Part shown: positions 10,050 to 20,700 of the stretch, in pieces
How the letters are laid out: the number at the start of each line of letters is the position of its first letter
Numbering within the stretch: the first letter of the stretch is position 1
Virus record (IMG/VR): IMGVR_UViG_3300035529_000070
Span: 58,114 to 122,113 of that record
DNA from: a virus
Direction: 5' to 3' (one strand)
DNA: 64,000 nucleotides
Notes under the pieces: model-generated
Seen by the model: only the letters and a program-made list of their open reading frames with translations
The model's database searches: none
Told to the model about the DNA's origin: nothing
Program-made: the position numbers and the translations under genes

Positions 10050-11174
10050 TCATTCGTTTGTAAAAGAATATAAATCTGCCTCTATGTAAACATCAGTTCC
10101 CTCTTGAGGAACATCGTTGGGTACATTGATAGTCATTTCGTATGCATAAAATTCTTCATAAGATTCAACTTGTTTTTCTCTCCCAGATACCCACACATTC
10201 CCTTCAACATCTATAACATATGTGACATCATTCTCCACATAAGCCCTTTTCATTGCAGGCAATACTGTAGGCGTAGATACTGGCAATTCATTATTGTTTT
10301 TTTTGAACTTCACATTATCAAAAGTTTCGTTTATTTCATCCCTTTTAGTTACCAACACATCCATTTTTGAGGTCTGTATATCAAAATAGTTCTCCAACAA
10401 AATATCTTCTGAGTATACAGGGCTTGCCATCAAAGTTTCTGATACCCTTTTAATTAAAGGAGAATTGAAATCTACGAATTTATTAATAACCAAAAAGAAA
10501 TCTTGCGTTGTATCTAAGGATACAGAATCATTAAACGTCGTTTGTTTATCTAAAAAGCTTGTATTGTTTAGTCCAGTTGTATTTTCTAATACCATAGGAT
10601 TATTCGAAAGATTTTTAACTTCTGGATCTATATTATTTGTTTCTGCATATCCTTCGAATGTATTTGTATAAGGCCCATATATAACAGCGAGCGTTTCAAA
10701 AAACCTTGAGTTTAAAACATCGGTAAGATACACTTTCTCTCTTTGATAAAATGGACAATTTTCATTGCATTTATTAGTTTTATAATATGAAGATCCTGCA
10801 GCACAATAATTGGTCTCCACGGAAGGGTTATATATGTTGTTTAAACAATGTGTATAATCCTTAGAATCATTTTCTAAAACGCCTTTTATTAATCCAGGTT
10901 CTTTTATATATCCATAGTCAGTATTAGGGGATTTATCCCATAACCTATCAAAAAAACTCGGTGGAACCCTTTTGTTTCTTGGCAGTACATTAACTGTTAC
11001 ATCACCAATTAATTTTAGTGATTCTAATCCCTTCATTTCTTTATTGAAAAAAACCCCGGAGAAATCACCGGGGTCACTGGTTAATATATGAATATCATCA
11101 TTATAATCTTTTATGCTTATATCTTTATTATCTTCTATAATAAGCAATTTATTGAGTAGTCTAGTCTGCATCAT
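10050..11174 (-). CDS. Tail-region protein with four-Cys motif and an RCC1-like fragment
   Basis: Paralogue of 4583-5170; TYVIDVEGNVWVSG is RCC1-like. Confidence 0.65.
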   Translation of the reverse strand: MMQTRLLNKLLIIEDNKDISIKDYNDDIHILTSDPGDFSGVFFNKEMKGLESLKLIGDVTVNVLPRNKRVPPSFFDRLWDKSPNTDYGYIKEPGLIKGVLENDSKDYTHCLNNIYNPSVETNYCAAGSSYYKTNKCNENCPFYQREKVYLTDVLNSRFFETLAVIYGPYTNTFEGYAETNNIDPEVKNLSNNPMVLENTTGLNNTSFLDKQTTFNDSVSLDTTQDFFLVINKFVDFNSPLIKRVSETLMASPVYSEDILLENYFDIQTSKMDVLVTKRDEINETFDNVKFKKNNNELPVSTPTVLPAMKRAYVENDVTYVIDVEGNVWVSGREKQVESYEEFYAYEMTINVPNDVPQEGTDVYIEADLYSFTNE

Positions 11175-14100
11175 CTAAATCGACCTCCAATATATTTTAA
11201 CAAATTGTCAGTTGGAGAGACGTTTAAAACAACTATGTCATCAGCTATGAGATAACCACTTGTATTATTACCTATTTTTAATGAATGTACTGTATCTGCT
11301 GGAATATATATCGTTTCATAAGTGAGAGTTTTTGGATTTAATATTTGTACATTATCTGAACTTATTTTAATTACTATATTTTGGAAATTCAAAGTATTCA
11401 TTCCAATAAACTCCCCAGAATCACTTAATATCAAATTCCCATCCATATCTATTTCAAAGATTTTTTTACCGCTGATAGTAACTAATTCAGATATAGAACT
11501 TATATTTCTTTCAACTAATCCTCCAGTAACAAAATCAACATCATCATCTGAATCATCGTATTCTAAAGTAATAGATAATCCTCTCATTTGTTCCACTGTG
11601 AGTTTATAATTAAAGAACATAAATTCATTCAATAATTCTTTAGGTGTTGACCATACAGGATCAACTACATCAAAAACATTACCACCAAATGATATTTTTT
11701 CATTACCTGTTAAAGCCATAGTATTACCTATATTATTCAAAAATGCTGAAATAGATTTTTCACCATCTAACACAGTAAACAAATTATCTGTAGCTGGTTC
11801 GTAATACAACCCTATAGCTCTTATTTTATATTTATCGTTTGATTCAAAAGGATGTGCATTACTTGAAAAACTTGCTACTCCAGAAGTTTCAGTCTGAACA
11901 TAACATTTAAATCCCGTAGATGTTGTATTAAATCTAATTTTATTTGATAAGCTAAATAATGTATGCTCGTTTGTATCCGTTGCCTTATGATATGTCCCTG
12001 CGTTAGTAAATATTGTAAATGTTTCACCTGTCCCTAATTCACTTAAAGCAAACTTCTTATCATACAACCCTGCTCTAACTATTTCAGAAACCTCTTGTGT
12101 TGTAAATCCATAATTATCTATCCCACCGGAATAATAAACATCAGATACTTTTGGTTTTACATACACCGAAGGAGATTTGGATAAATCCAATGTATAATCA
12201 GGGTCATATTCTATATTAAAAAATATTTCCGTGTCAGCTTGTGCTAGTGTGTAAGGATTATTATCATGATTCAAATTAACCAACCATTTAACGTGTTGAG
12301 CGTTAGGATCATACATTAATAGTATTACATCTAATACATTGCCATCTTTAGTAAATTTAATGTTGTTAATATCTCTGTTTGATAACACTGTTTGAGCCCA
12401 TACATTAGAATCTATTTCAACAGGTACCCAAAACTCTCCTGTATTCCCGACTCTTTCTTCTAAAAATTTCAATCTAAATATCTGCCTGCTCCCACCTAAA
12501 CCGGAACCAATTAAATCTAACAACACAGTTGCTCCTGTAGGAATGTTATTTATATTCAATATGTTATCATCAACTCTTACACCTTTTTTATCATACTGAG
12601 GTGTTTTAGGCATTGTAGCTGCTAATTGTAGATTTTCACTTTCCAATGAATTTTCGAATTTAAATCTATCTGAAGAATCTGTATTAATATTTGCGACAGA
12701 ATTTGATTCATCTGCAACATATTTAATTATATTAGTTCCAGGATTAATAGTGGCTGCAGGAACAAATATTTTTCTTTCATCAAACCATTGAATTACCCTG
12801 GCAGAAATATCCGCACCGTTAAGGTTCATAAGTATAGGCCTAGCTGTATCATCCAACCCTTGTTTTAGGTGTAAATCATCTATATTTAACAAAAGGTCAA
12901 CTGTTTCTGTTGAGTCTGTATCGTTATATACTGACCAACTTATATCACTGAAAGATTTATATTCTCTTACTATGGTTATATTATCTGTTTTTACACCTTG
13001 TTTTTCAACGACTTGGCCGTTATTTACAAACACAACCTCTTCATATAATTTAGCTATATTTGGGTTAAGAGTTAAATCTTCCAATGTATCTATATAACCT
13101 TTATTCAAAAATTCAGGCACCATTGTTTCTGGAACATGAACTATTTCAGTTCCATCCACGTCTTCCATGGTTATTTCAGAAGTTGAATCGAAGTAAATTT
13201 TTGTTTCTGTGCTATAAAGAGTAATATAATCTGAATAGTTTGAAGTAGAACGAAAAATAATATTTTTTGAAAAAAAATCATATTGATAAAATTTTATAAA
13301 GCTATTAAATGTTTTTATAGGCCAATAAGAAATATTATATGATTGATCTCGCCAATTTGGAGTATTAATTATATTTAACATCACGTTATATAAATTAAGT
13401 TCTCCTCCTCTTGACCATCTTACATTAGTATTTAACAGAATTGAATAAGGATATAACCCATAAATGTTTTTGTTTGAAACTAAATCTAGATAAGATAATG
13501 AATATTTCCCTGGCATTAATATCAAATTATCCCCGTTATCTTTAGCAGCTTCCAATGTCTTATAAGGATTTTCTTTAGAGCCATCACCGTTTGTGTCATC
13601 GCCATCAAATGCGTCCACGTACACTGTAGTTCCTTCCCACGAACCAGAAATTTTGGGATCTATTTTGACTTCAGGTATATGAACTACTTTAGATCCGTCA
13701 GATGAAAAATAATTTTCTCCATAATAAGGATTACCTTGATCATCTTTTACATACACTTGGTCAGAATAACCTTTTTCTAAAGATTGAATTTTAATCGGTT
13801 CGCTTATATCTATAGGTTCTGATTCTGCTATATAGTTTTCCTGATATATTGTTTTGCCAAAATACAAATCCACCATATAATCAGATTCGTGTTTAACTTT
13901 ACCAGCAAAATAAACGACATTCCCCTGAACATCTAATATATACAATTCATCAAAATCAATATTAAAATCTGAATTCAATATAGTATTATAATTTATATCA
14001 TTTTTTATATATCTATTCATCAATTCTTTATGACCATCTTCTATAAAAGTGGCTTGAACATCTGTATCTTCAAATAGATATCTAGGTATAGCGACATTAG

Positions 14101-15262
14101 GATAAACTATATAACCAGTTTTAGTAACTCTTACATACTTTAAAGTATCCGGGGCAACTTCTAATAACAAATCAATATTATTACCATCATTATTAGCATA
14201 TCTTATTGTAGAACCAGTTATCATTGAAGTTGACATATAATTAACTCCAACGCCATCTATTGACCCAGTAATAGACGAATTATTTATAACGACAGAATTA
14301 TCTATATCTAATTCAATTGTTTTATTATTTATAACATTATAAGGAAAACGAGCAAAAATTGCTTGAGACCCAGAAACTATAAAATTAGGTTCAGACGGTA
14401 GTGTCAATCCATTTGGAAACCAAGTTTTAGAAATTGAATCATATTCATATATCAATAGATTATCTACAGCATAAAATTTATAATAATCCCCTGCTATTTT
14501 ATTAGAAAAAGGGTTCACTATATCTTTATAAGTCTTATCTAACGGATTATATAAAAAACTTCTATTTGTATCTATTATCATTAATTGGTTATCCGTATTC
14601 GCTATAACTGGATTATCATAAATATTATCCTCGCTCGTCCATGAAACTGGTATCTTCTCAGAAGAATCTACAGTTATTTGATAAGCTGCAGGTTTTGGCA
14701 ATCCATTGTTATCATAGAAGATGTTCGGATCATTATAAATTTCTTTCTCTTTAGATAAAGATAACTCCATACCACCTATATCAGAACTGTTAGTGGTAAA
14801 AGAGTCGCTAAATATTAACTGAATATTTCTGGTGCCAAACGGTATTTCAAAAATCAATGCTGATAATCCAGTTTTTGCTATTCCATCAACCAATACCTTA
14901 GCATTACTTCCCCATTTAAATGTATTGAGCATTGATGTATTTGTAATAGGATCATTCAGGTACATATAATCGGCATAATAACCATCCGAAACTTTTACAG
15001 GGAAAAATATCCCTTCTTGAAAACTATCGTTATCGAATTTTGCATACCTGGTCATGAAATCAGTCTTGTTGAAATCTACCGGCAATCCATCAGCTAAAAC
15101 CGTTTTAAGATTGGCATAAGCGATATCAGAAATCATTATTTTAGCATATCCAGATAAGAAATTTTCAGGCATTTTAAAATGCATTTTATTATCTATAACA
15201 GGTCTTGAATTTATAGCAATAGTTTTATATGGATGAACATACGGCAAATGTTTTACTGACAT
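11171..15262 (-). CDS. Large tail fibre/adhesin-like protein (1363 aa)
   Basis: TVYVDAFDGDDTNGDGSKENPYKTL...GDNLILMPGKY is the typical start of a right-handed beta-helix (pectin-lyase-like); beta-rich throughout. Confidence 0.6.
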   Translation of the reverse strand: MSVKHLPYVHPYKTIAINSRPVIDNKMHFKMPENFLSGYAKIMISDIAYANLKTVLADGLPVDFNKTDFMTRYAKFDNDSFQEGIFFPVKVSDGYYADYMYLNDPITNTSMLNTFKWGSNAKVLVDGIAKTGLSALIFEIPFGTRNIQLIFSDSFTTNSSDIGGMELSLSKEKEIYNDPNIFYDNNGLPKPAAYQITVDSSEKIPVSWTSEDNIYDNPVIANTDNQLMIIDTNRSFLYNPLDKTYKDIVNPFSNKIAGDYYKFYAVDNLLIYEYDSISKTWFPNGLTLPSEPNFIVSGSQAIFARFPYNVINNKTIELDIDNSVVINNSSITGSIDGVGVNYMSTSMITGSTIRYANNDGNNIDLLLEVAPDTLKYVRVTKTGYIVYPNVAIPRYLFEDTDVQATFIEDGHKELMNRYIKNDINYNTILNSDFNIDFDELYILDVQGNVVYFAGKVKHESDYMVDLYFGKTIYQENYIAESEPIDISEPIKIQSLEKGYSDQVYVKDDQGNPYYGENYFSSDGSKVVHIPEVKIDPKISGSWEGTTVYVDAFDGDDTNGDGSKENPYKTLEAAKDNGDNLILMPGKYSLSYLDLVSNKNIYGLYPYSILLNTNVRWSRGGELNLYNVMLNIINTPNWRDQSYNISYWPIKTFNSFIKFYQYDFFSKNIIFRSTSNYSDYITLYSTETKIYFDSTSEITMEDVDGTEIVHVPETMVPEFLNKGYIDTLEDLTLNPNIAKLYEEVVFVNNGQVVEKQGVKTDNITIVREYKSFSDISWSVYNDTDSTETVDLLLNIDDLHLKQGLDDTARPILMNLNGADISARVIQWFDERKIFVPAATINPGTNIIKYVADESNSVANINTDSSDRFKFENSLESENLQLAATMPKTPQYDKKGVRVDDNILNINNIPTGATVLLDLIGSGLGGSRQIFRLKFLEERVGNTGEFWVPVEIDSNVWAQTVLSNRDINNIKFTKDGNVLDVILLMYDPNAQHVKWLVNLNHDNNPYTLAQADTEIFFNIEYDPDYTLDLSKSPSVYVKPKVSDVYYSGGIDNYGFTTQEVSEIVRAGLYDKKFALSELGTGETFTIFTNAGTYHKATDTNEHTLFSLSNKIRFNTTSTGFKCYVQTETSGVASFSSNAHPFESNDKYKIRAIGLYYEPATDNLFTVLDGEKSISAFLNNIGNTMALTGNEKISFGGNVFDVVDPVWSTPKELLNEFMFFNYKLTVEQMRGLSITLEYDDSDDDVDFVTGGLVERNISSISELVTISGKKIFEIDMDGNLILSDSGEFIGMNTLNFQNIVIKISSDNVQILNPKTLTYETIYIPADTVHSLKIGNNTSGYLIADDIVVLNVSPTDNLLKYIGGRFR

Positions 15263-15276
15263 TTATCATCACATCC

Positions 15277-15504
15277 TTAAAGCAATTCATCTAATTTTTT
15301 CGTAATATCTTTCAAGCTTTCTATATTTACGCTGAAATCTTTTAAAGCATCATTACCATATTGAGAAATAATATAGTTATAAGCTATTTGTTTTTCTTTT
15401 GATGTAGCATTTTCATAATTTTCTAAAAAAGTTTTAGTTGTGTCGTTTAAAACTTTCAATCTACTTTTAGCATTTTGCAAAAAATCTATTTCGCTATTTC
15501 TCAT
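15277..15504 (-). CDS. Small helical protein in the tail operon
   Basis: ORF with RBS that fills the gap exactly. Confidence 0.6.
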   Translation of the reverse strand: MRNSEIDFLQNAKSRLKVLNDTTKTFLENYENATSKEKQIAYNYIISQYGNDALKDFSVNIESLKDITKKLDELL

Positions 15505-15517
15505 AACTATCCCACCT

Positions 15518-16495
15518 TTATATTATTCTTTGAGTATATGTTTTGCCTTCTTCTTTTTTGTATATCATCATCGCTGGCTTATTCTCAGCAGAAACTAAAT
15601 AATCACCATTCCACACTCCGTGAGTTTTGGTGTTCCTTATAGCCGGTATTGCAACAAATAAGCTATCAACAAAAGTATCAGTTGCTATATAAAAATTGCT
15701 AACAACATCAACTAAATTATTAATACCCGGATTTATTGGGAAGACACCTTCATCAGAAATTATTTCCATAGAACTAGGCTTTTTATTTAATATAACTCCA
15801 ACAGTTTGCGAAGCTATATTCACTGGACCATAAATATAAGGATTACTTATAGTTGGTTGATATGTCAAAGAAACATTCTTGTTGTAAGTCAACCTTTGTA
15901 ATAAAGGTTCTAATTCCAAAACAGCTCTTTCGTGCCTTGTTTGAGAAGGTTTAATTAGCTTTTTATCCCCTTGAATAACAAAAGCCCAAGCAGCAGGATC
16001 ATCTTCGGGAAAATATCCTTCAATATCATATAATGTTTTATCAGTATTATTTTTAATTTTCATTTGAATAGTATCACCTGTTTCATCGTTGAACATTATT
16101 TCAGATACTATATCGTTTGTCGATGTTTCAAATTGTGCCATATCTGGATTAGCAAATACATTTATCCCTGAAATATCTATTGTACCTATTTCTGTTTTAG
16201 ATATTTTAATGCCTTGAGACACTATATCAGTAGAAATTTTGAGAAGATTTCCTGTCTCATATGTAAAAATATTATCTGTTATTTCTTGCCATTGATTTTG
16301 GCCTACATAATTTTCTACTTTAAGAGTTTCATTTTTATTTGTTGTTAATGTAATAGAAGATATGTAAAAAGTGCTATCCCAATATATTTCTATTGAATCA
16401 TTTTGAGATAAAGATACTGGCAAATTCAATATTGTCTTAACGCCAGATATATTTTTATATTTCACATGTTCTAAATTTAGTATATTAAACATCAA
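15518..16495 (-). CDS. Hypothetical virion protein
   Basis: KIKNNTDKTLYDI resembles FLKNTTAKTLYDI in 16508-17119. Confidence 0.6.
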   Translation of the reverse strand: MMFNILNLEHVKYKNISGVKTILNLPVSLSQNDSIEIYWDSTFYISSITLTTNKNETLKVENYVGQNQWQEITDNIFTYETGNLLKISTDIVSQGIKISKTEIGTIDISGINVFANPDMAQFETSTNDIVSEIMFNDETGDTIQMKIKNNTDKTLYDIEGYFPEDDPAAWAFVIQGDKKLIKPSQTRHERAVLELEPLLQRLTYNKNVSLTYQPTISNPYIYGPVNIASQTVGVILNKKPSSMEIISDEGVFPINPGINNLVDVVSNFYIATDTFVDSLFVAIPAIRNTKTHGVWNGDYLVSAENKPAMMIYKKEEGKTYTQRII

Positions 16496-16507
16496 TTATC
16501 TCTCCTT

Positions 16508-17119
16508 TTAAGAAGATACTCCGAATACAACGCCTATAATCATTTCTCCCGGACCACCAGCTGACATTAAATTAGAATAAGTCATTTCTCTTTTTATCCA
16601 AACTGCTATAGTATCACCTGGTTCCAATACAGCAGCTTCTTGTAATGGATTTATGAATATAGCGTTTGTAAACCCAATAGGGTTCTGCCATTGCCCTGTT
16701 CCGTAATTTGCTAAAAGAGTGTTGTCTGGAGATGTATTTGAATTAGGTATTGTAGACGCTGGGTTAGTAACTGTATCCCTATTGTCCATATTCTTTTCAC
16801 TTTCAACAGCAATCCCCCATACTTCAGGAGCTCCTGCAGATTGTTCTATCCACACTCTTATATCATAAAGCGTTTTTGCAGTTGTATTTTTTAAAAATAT
16901 TTTTGCAAATTGAGTATCAGATGGTTTTATAACAGGGTCTAAATTAACTATTTGAAATAAATTGTTCAAATCTTCCCCTGTTGTTGTATCATATCCAATA
17001 CCTCCGCCAACAGAATCATCCGAAGCGTTTGGCGCATATGGTGTATATTGAGATAAAAATATATCACAATTTTCAGTTGTACCGTAAAAACTAGGAACTG
17101 TACTAGGCGTAATAGGCAT
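16508..17119 (-). CDS. Hypothetical virion protein (beta-sandwich-like)
   Basis: Shares (I/V)A(V/I)WIKRE with 17125-17766. Confidence 0.6.
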   Translation of the reverse strand: MPITPSTVPSFYGTTENCDIFLSQYTPYAPNASDDSVGGGIGYDTTTGEDLNNLFQIVNLDPVIKPSDTQFAKIFLKNTTAKTLYDIRVWIEQSAGAPEVWGIAVESEKNMDNRDTVTNPASTIPNSNTSPDNTLLANYGTGQWQNPIGFTNAIFINPLQEAAVLEPGDTIAVWIKREMTYSNLMSAGGPGEMIIGVVFGVSS

Positions 17120-17124
17120 TCAAA

Positions 17125-17766
17125 TCATCCTCCCTCTTCATAACCTACTATTTTAAATCCTAATTCAAATTTATTATTAAGATAAGTTGCTGCCGGAGTT
17201 TGTATTTCTCTCTTAATCCATATTGCAACCTCATCATTATATTGTAACTCATTTGCTATATTAAAAGAGTTATCGGGGTCAACGGGATGTTCAAAAATAT
17301 AAGACGATAAATTGTTCTTCAAATATTCTTCGCCATCCTCTTCTAAAGCATTAGCTAGAAAAATAGCATCATCGGGAGAAGGCGTCTCTCTATTTATAAA
17401 ACATTGTAGTCTATATAAATTAAAATTAGGATCAATATACTTGATCCATAGTTTTCTATAATCTATAATCTTCCCTGTTAAATATAACCTATATCCTCTT
17501 ACTGATTTGAATAAATTTTCAAAACCATAATGAGGAATAACCGCCTCATAATTTATATTTCCGTCATTAAGAGATATAATCTCGCCTACAGCTACAGCTT
17601 GACCCTCTGCAACCCCTAAACCTTCAGAGTTAGTTATGTAATCATAAGCTCCATTATCATAATTTATTTTATAACCGTTTTCTTGCGTTTCTATATTAGT
17701 AATAGTAGCAGCGAACGAAGCCCTTACCGGCCTCGTCGCTGCATAAAACATTAATTGATTGTCCAT
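17125..17766 (-). CDS. Hypothetical virion protein
   Basis: Paralogous motif VAIWIKRE; stop overlaps the next start. Confidence 0.6.
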   Translation of the reverse strand: MDNQLMFYAATRPVRASFAATITNIETQENGYKINYDNGAYDYITNSEGLGVAEGQAVAVGEIISLNDGNINYEAVIPHYGFENLFKSVRGYRLYLTGKIIDYRKLWIKYIDPNFNLYRLQCFINRETPSPDDAIFLANALEEDGEEYLKNNLSSYIFEHPVDPDNSFNIANELQYNDEVAIWIKREIQTPAATYLNNKFELGFKIVGYEEGG

Positions 17767-20700
17767 TAAACATCACTTCCCATACTTCCATCCCAAACAT
17801 GTACTCTAAAATACAGTTTGTTTGCTGTCACTGGCGTTGATAAAGTATGTTTGAATCTCACATAATTTTCTCCATCGGCCGGAACCCCATTCACACCTTC
17901 TACACCTTCAATTCCTGGCTCTAGTCCCATAACTTGTTTCCATGTATATTTTTCAGGGGTAGTTCCTGGGGTATAGAATGTAGAATAACTAAATTTAGCA
18001 GGGTTGTATGTATAACCGTCAGAACTTCTAAATGGCTTTTTATCTTTTTCAAACGATTTAAATGCAATAAGTCTATCAGAAACTGAATAAGTTGGATCAT
18101 CGAAATCTTTTGTGGCTACTTCTATAGCAAAATGTTCTGTACCTTCTACTAAGTTTTCAGGAGCTAACCAAACAACATCTATATCTTGATCGCTTATAGG
18201 AGCACCTAAAGCTGGATAAACAAGCTCAGGCATTTTATATACATCCATCATATATAGATCAACTTTTCTCAATGTTGGATATTTACTAATAGAAGATTTA
18301 AAATCAAACTTCATTTGATAAACTAAATTATCAGATTCAAGGTTTTCAAATTCAGGCAATGCCCTTATATCAGCTGTATTTTCAACAGCAATCCATCCTC
18401 TAGTATTCCAAGTTCTACCATTATCAGAAGAATATCTAATAAAACTGCTTATATTAGAATCATATAACGGGATTCTTCCTTTAGGTTCATCTTTCACTAT
18501 AACCAAATCAAATAACTTAGAAGCTCTAGGTGGTTTAAATACAGGCGTAATAATAGAACTATTTATTTCTTTATCAGACTCAGCTTCAAATATTATGTTT
18601 GCTGATTCAAATCCCGGGAATGGGCCATTATTATCAGATACCAAATAAATCAATCCTAAATAGAAATTTTGTGGATCATCATAAAGGTTAAAAAAATCTG
18701 CCCATTCTTCATAAGTTATTTCCGAAGTTTCTATATTAGTATTAGAAGCAGTTTTAGTTTGGTTTGTTCCATACATGACTTCTACCCAAGTTCTGGTATC
18801 TGTATCTAAGTAATACCATCTTTTGTTATCAGCAGAGAAAATATATTTTATAGTATGAGCGACTATTCCATTAACTTCTTTAGATCTTGTACCTAAATAC
18901 ATTTGTTTTATCGATTTAAGTTGAGCTGCATTATATACTGCTTTATTTATTGTTTTAACATAAATAGCACCTTTGTTTTCATCTGTTTTTACAGCCATAG
19001 AATCAAGATTTATATTGTTTATCCTGATTTCACTATTATAATTTTTTATGAAAATTTTGTTTATTTTAACGTCTATAGACCATTTAGAAGAGTTTTCTAA
19101 ACCTGTATACACTTTTCCTATATTTTCAGTAGCTCCACTTCTAGGTAACTGCAACAATGTTTCATGAGTTTCAATTTGTGATTCTGTCGCCCCATCTGGG
19201 GTATAAACAATATTATGAGTATAAATTACTTCAGCGATGCTCTCGTTTGTAAATGTCATTGGTTCTTCTACAGCCGTCATGTTATACCAATATCTGGCCC
19301 TCCACTGCGTATAATAAACGTTTCCATCTATATCTGACCATGTAACTCCTGAATTAAATCTTCCTATCAAAGCTTTTTGAGAATCATTATTTTTGAGAAT
19401 CATTGATTTCATTCTAGTAATTTTAGGCTCTATATCTCCAAATTTAAAACCTGTATAAGATTTGTAATTGAATTCTCCAGTTATTATATCTTTATGATTG
19501 AAATGCAACTCAAACTGTTTTTCGGGCGGTAAAGTTTCAACAGTATACAATTCATTAGCATTTTCAAATTCCACTTGATATCCCGGGTACCCAAAATCAG
19601 GTTTCGGAACGCTATAAGAGCGACCATATACTCTACTATCTTGAGTAAATGTTTGTTCTCCAGACACTTCGTGATCTCCAAACAAAACATGTGTAGCATC
19701 AAACGACATTTTAGACACAGGGATTTCTCTTTGGAATTCAAATTTATATGCAGAATTAGGATCAAGTTGTAACATAGGATTCCCACTTGCATCATCTACT
19801 GTATGTTGCGTAATAAATTCGTCGGCAGTCATTATAACAACTGTTGAATCATTAGCAAAATCAACATTAGTTACTGACCCTATTAAATTAGTTGTATCTA
19901 TTTTATAAACTCTAGCAATCAGACTTCTAATTTCAGGAGAAGTTAGACCAAAGTTTTCTACATTTATAGGGGTAGCTTCGACTTCCATATTAGTCCTAAC
20001 TATTGTTTCATTACTTAAATTAAGAATATTGTTCCAACCAGCCTCCATTGTTGGTTCTATAGTTCTTAAATGAGAATTGATTGGATCTTCTCCTAACACT
20101 TCCATATTTCTTGCAAATCCATTTGATAGAAATTCTCCCATTCTATCAGCAAGAACTTCAATAGGTATACTTTTTAACACTAATGAAGTATCTCCAGCTG
20201 TACCAGATATATTCACCAATTGAAAATTAGAACTATCTGCTGGATAAGATATTTCAAAATCATTCATATCTAGAGGAAATTTAGCATTCAACATTCCAAA
20301 TGTATCATCCATTATTACACCAGAAGGTTTTTGTTCTAACTTATTATCAAAAACAAATCCTTCATGTCCTTCGTACAAAGAAGCTGATTCCGGATTAAAG
20401 TTCAATGAACCTCTCCAAAATTCATTTTCTTTAATAAATATTGGGTCCAATGTTCTATCTGGTGCTGGCACATTATGTGGATTTGTCATTAACGATTCAT
20501 TTGTAAAACTTGTTAATTTAGCATAATACATAATAGTTGTACCAGGATCTACTCCAAATCCTTTATCTTCATAAACGTAAGTATCCATAATGTATGTCAT
20601 TTGATTAACAGATGGATCTATAGGTTCAGTTTCTAAAATGTTTATTTGAGTTGGATCAATTGTTATAATTTGGCTTTCATAATTTACCGATAACACCTTT

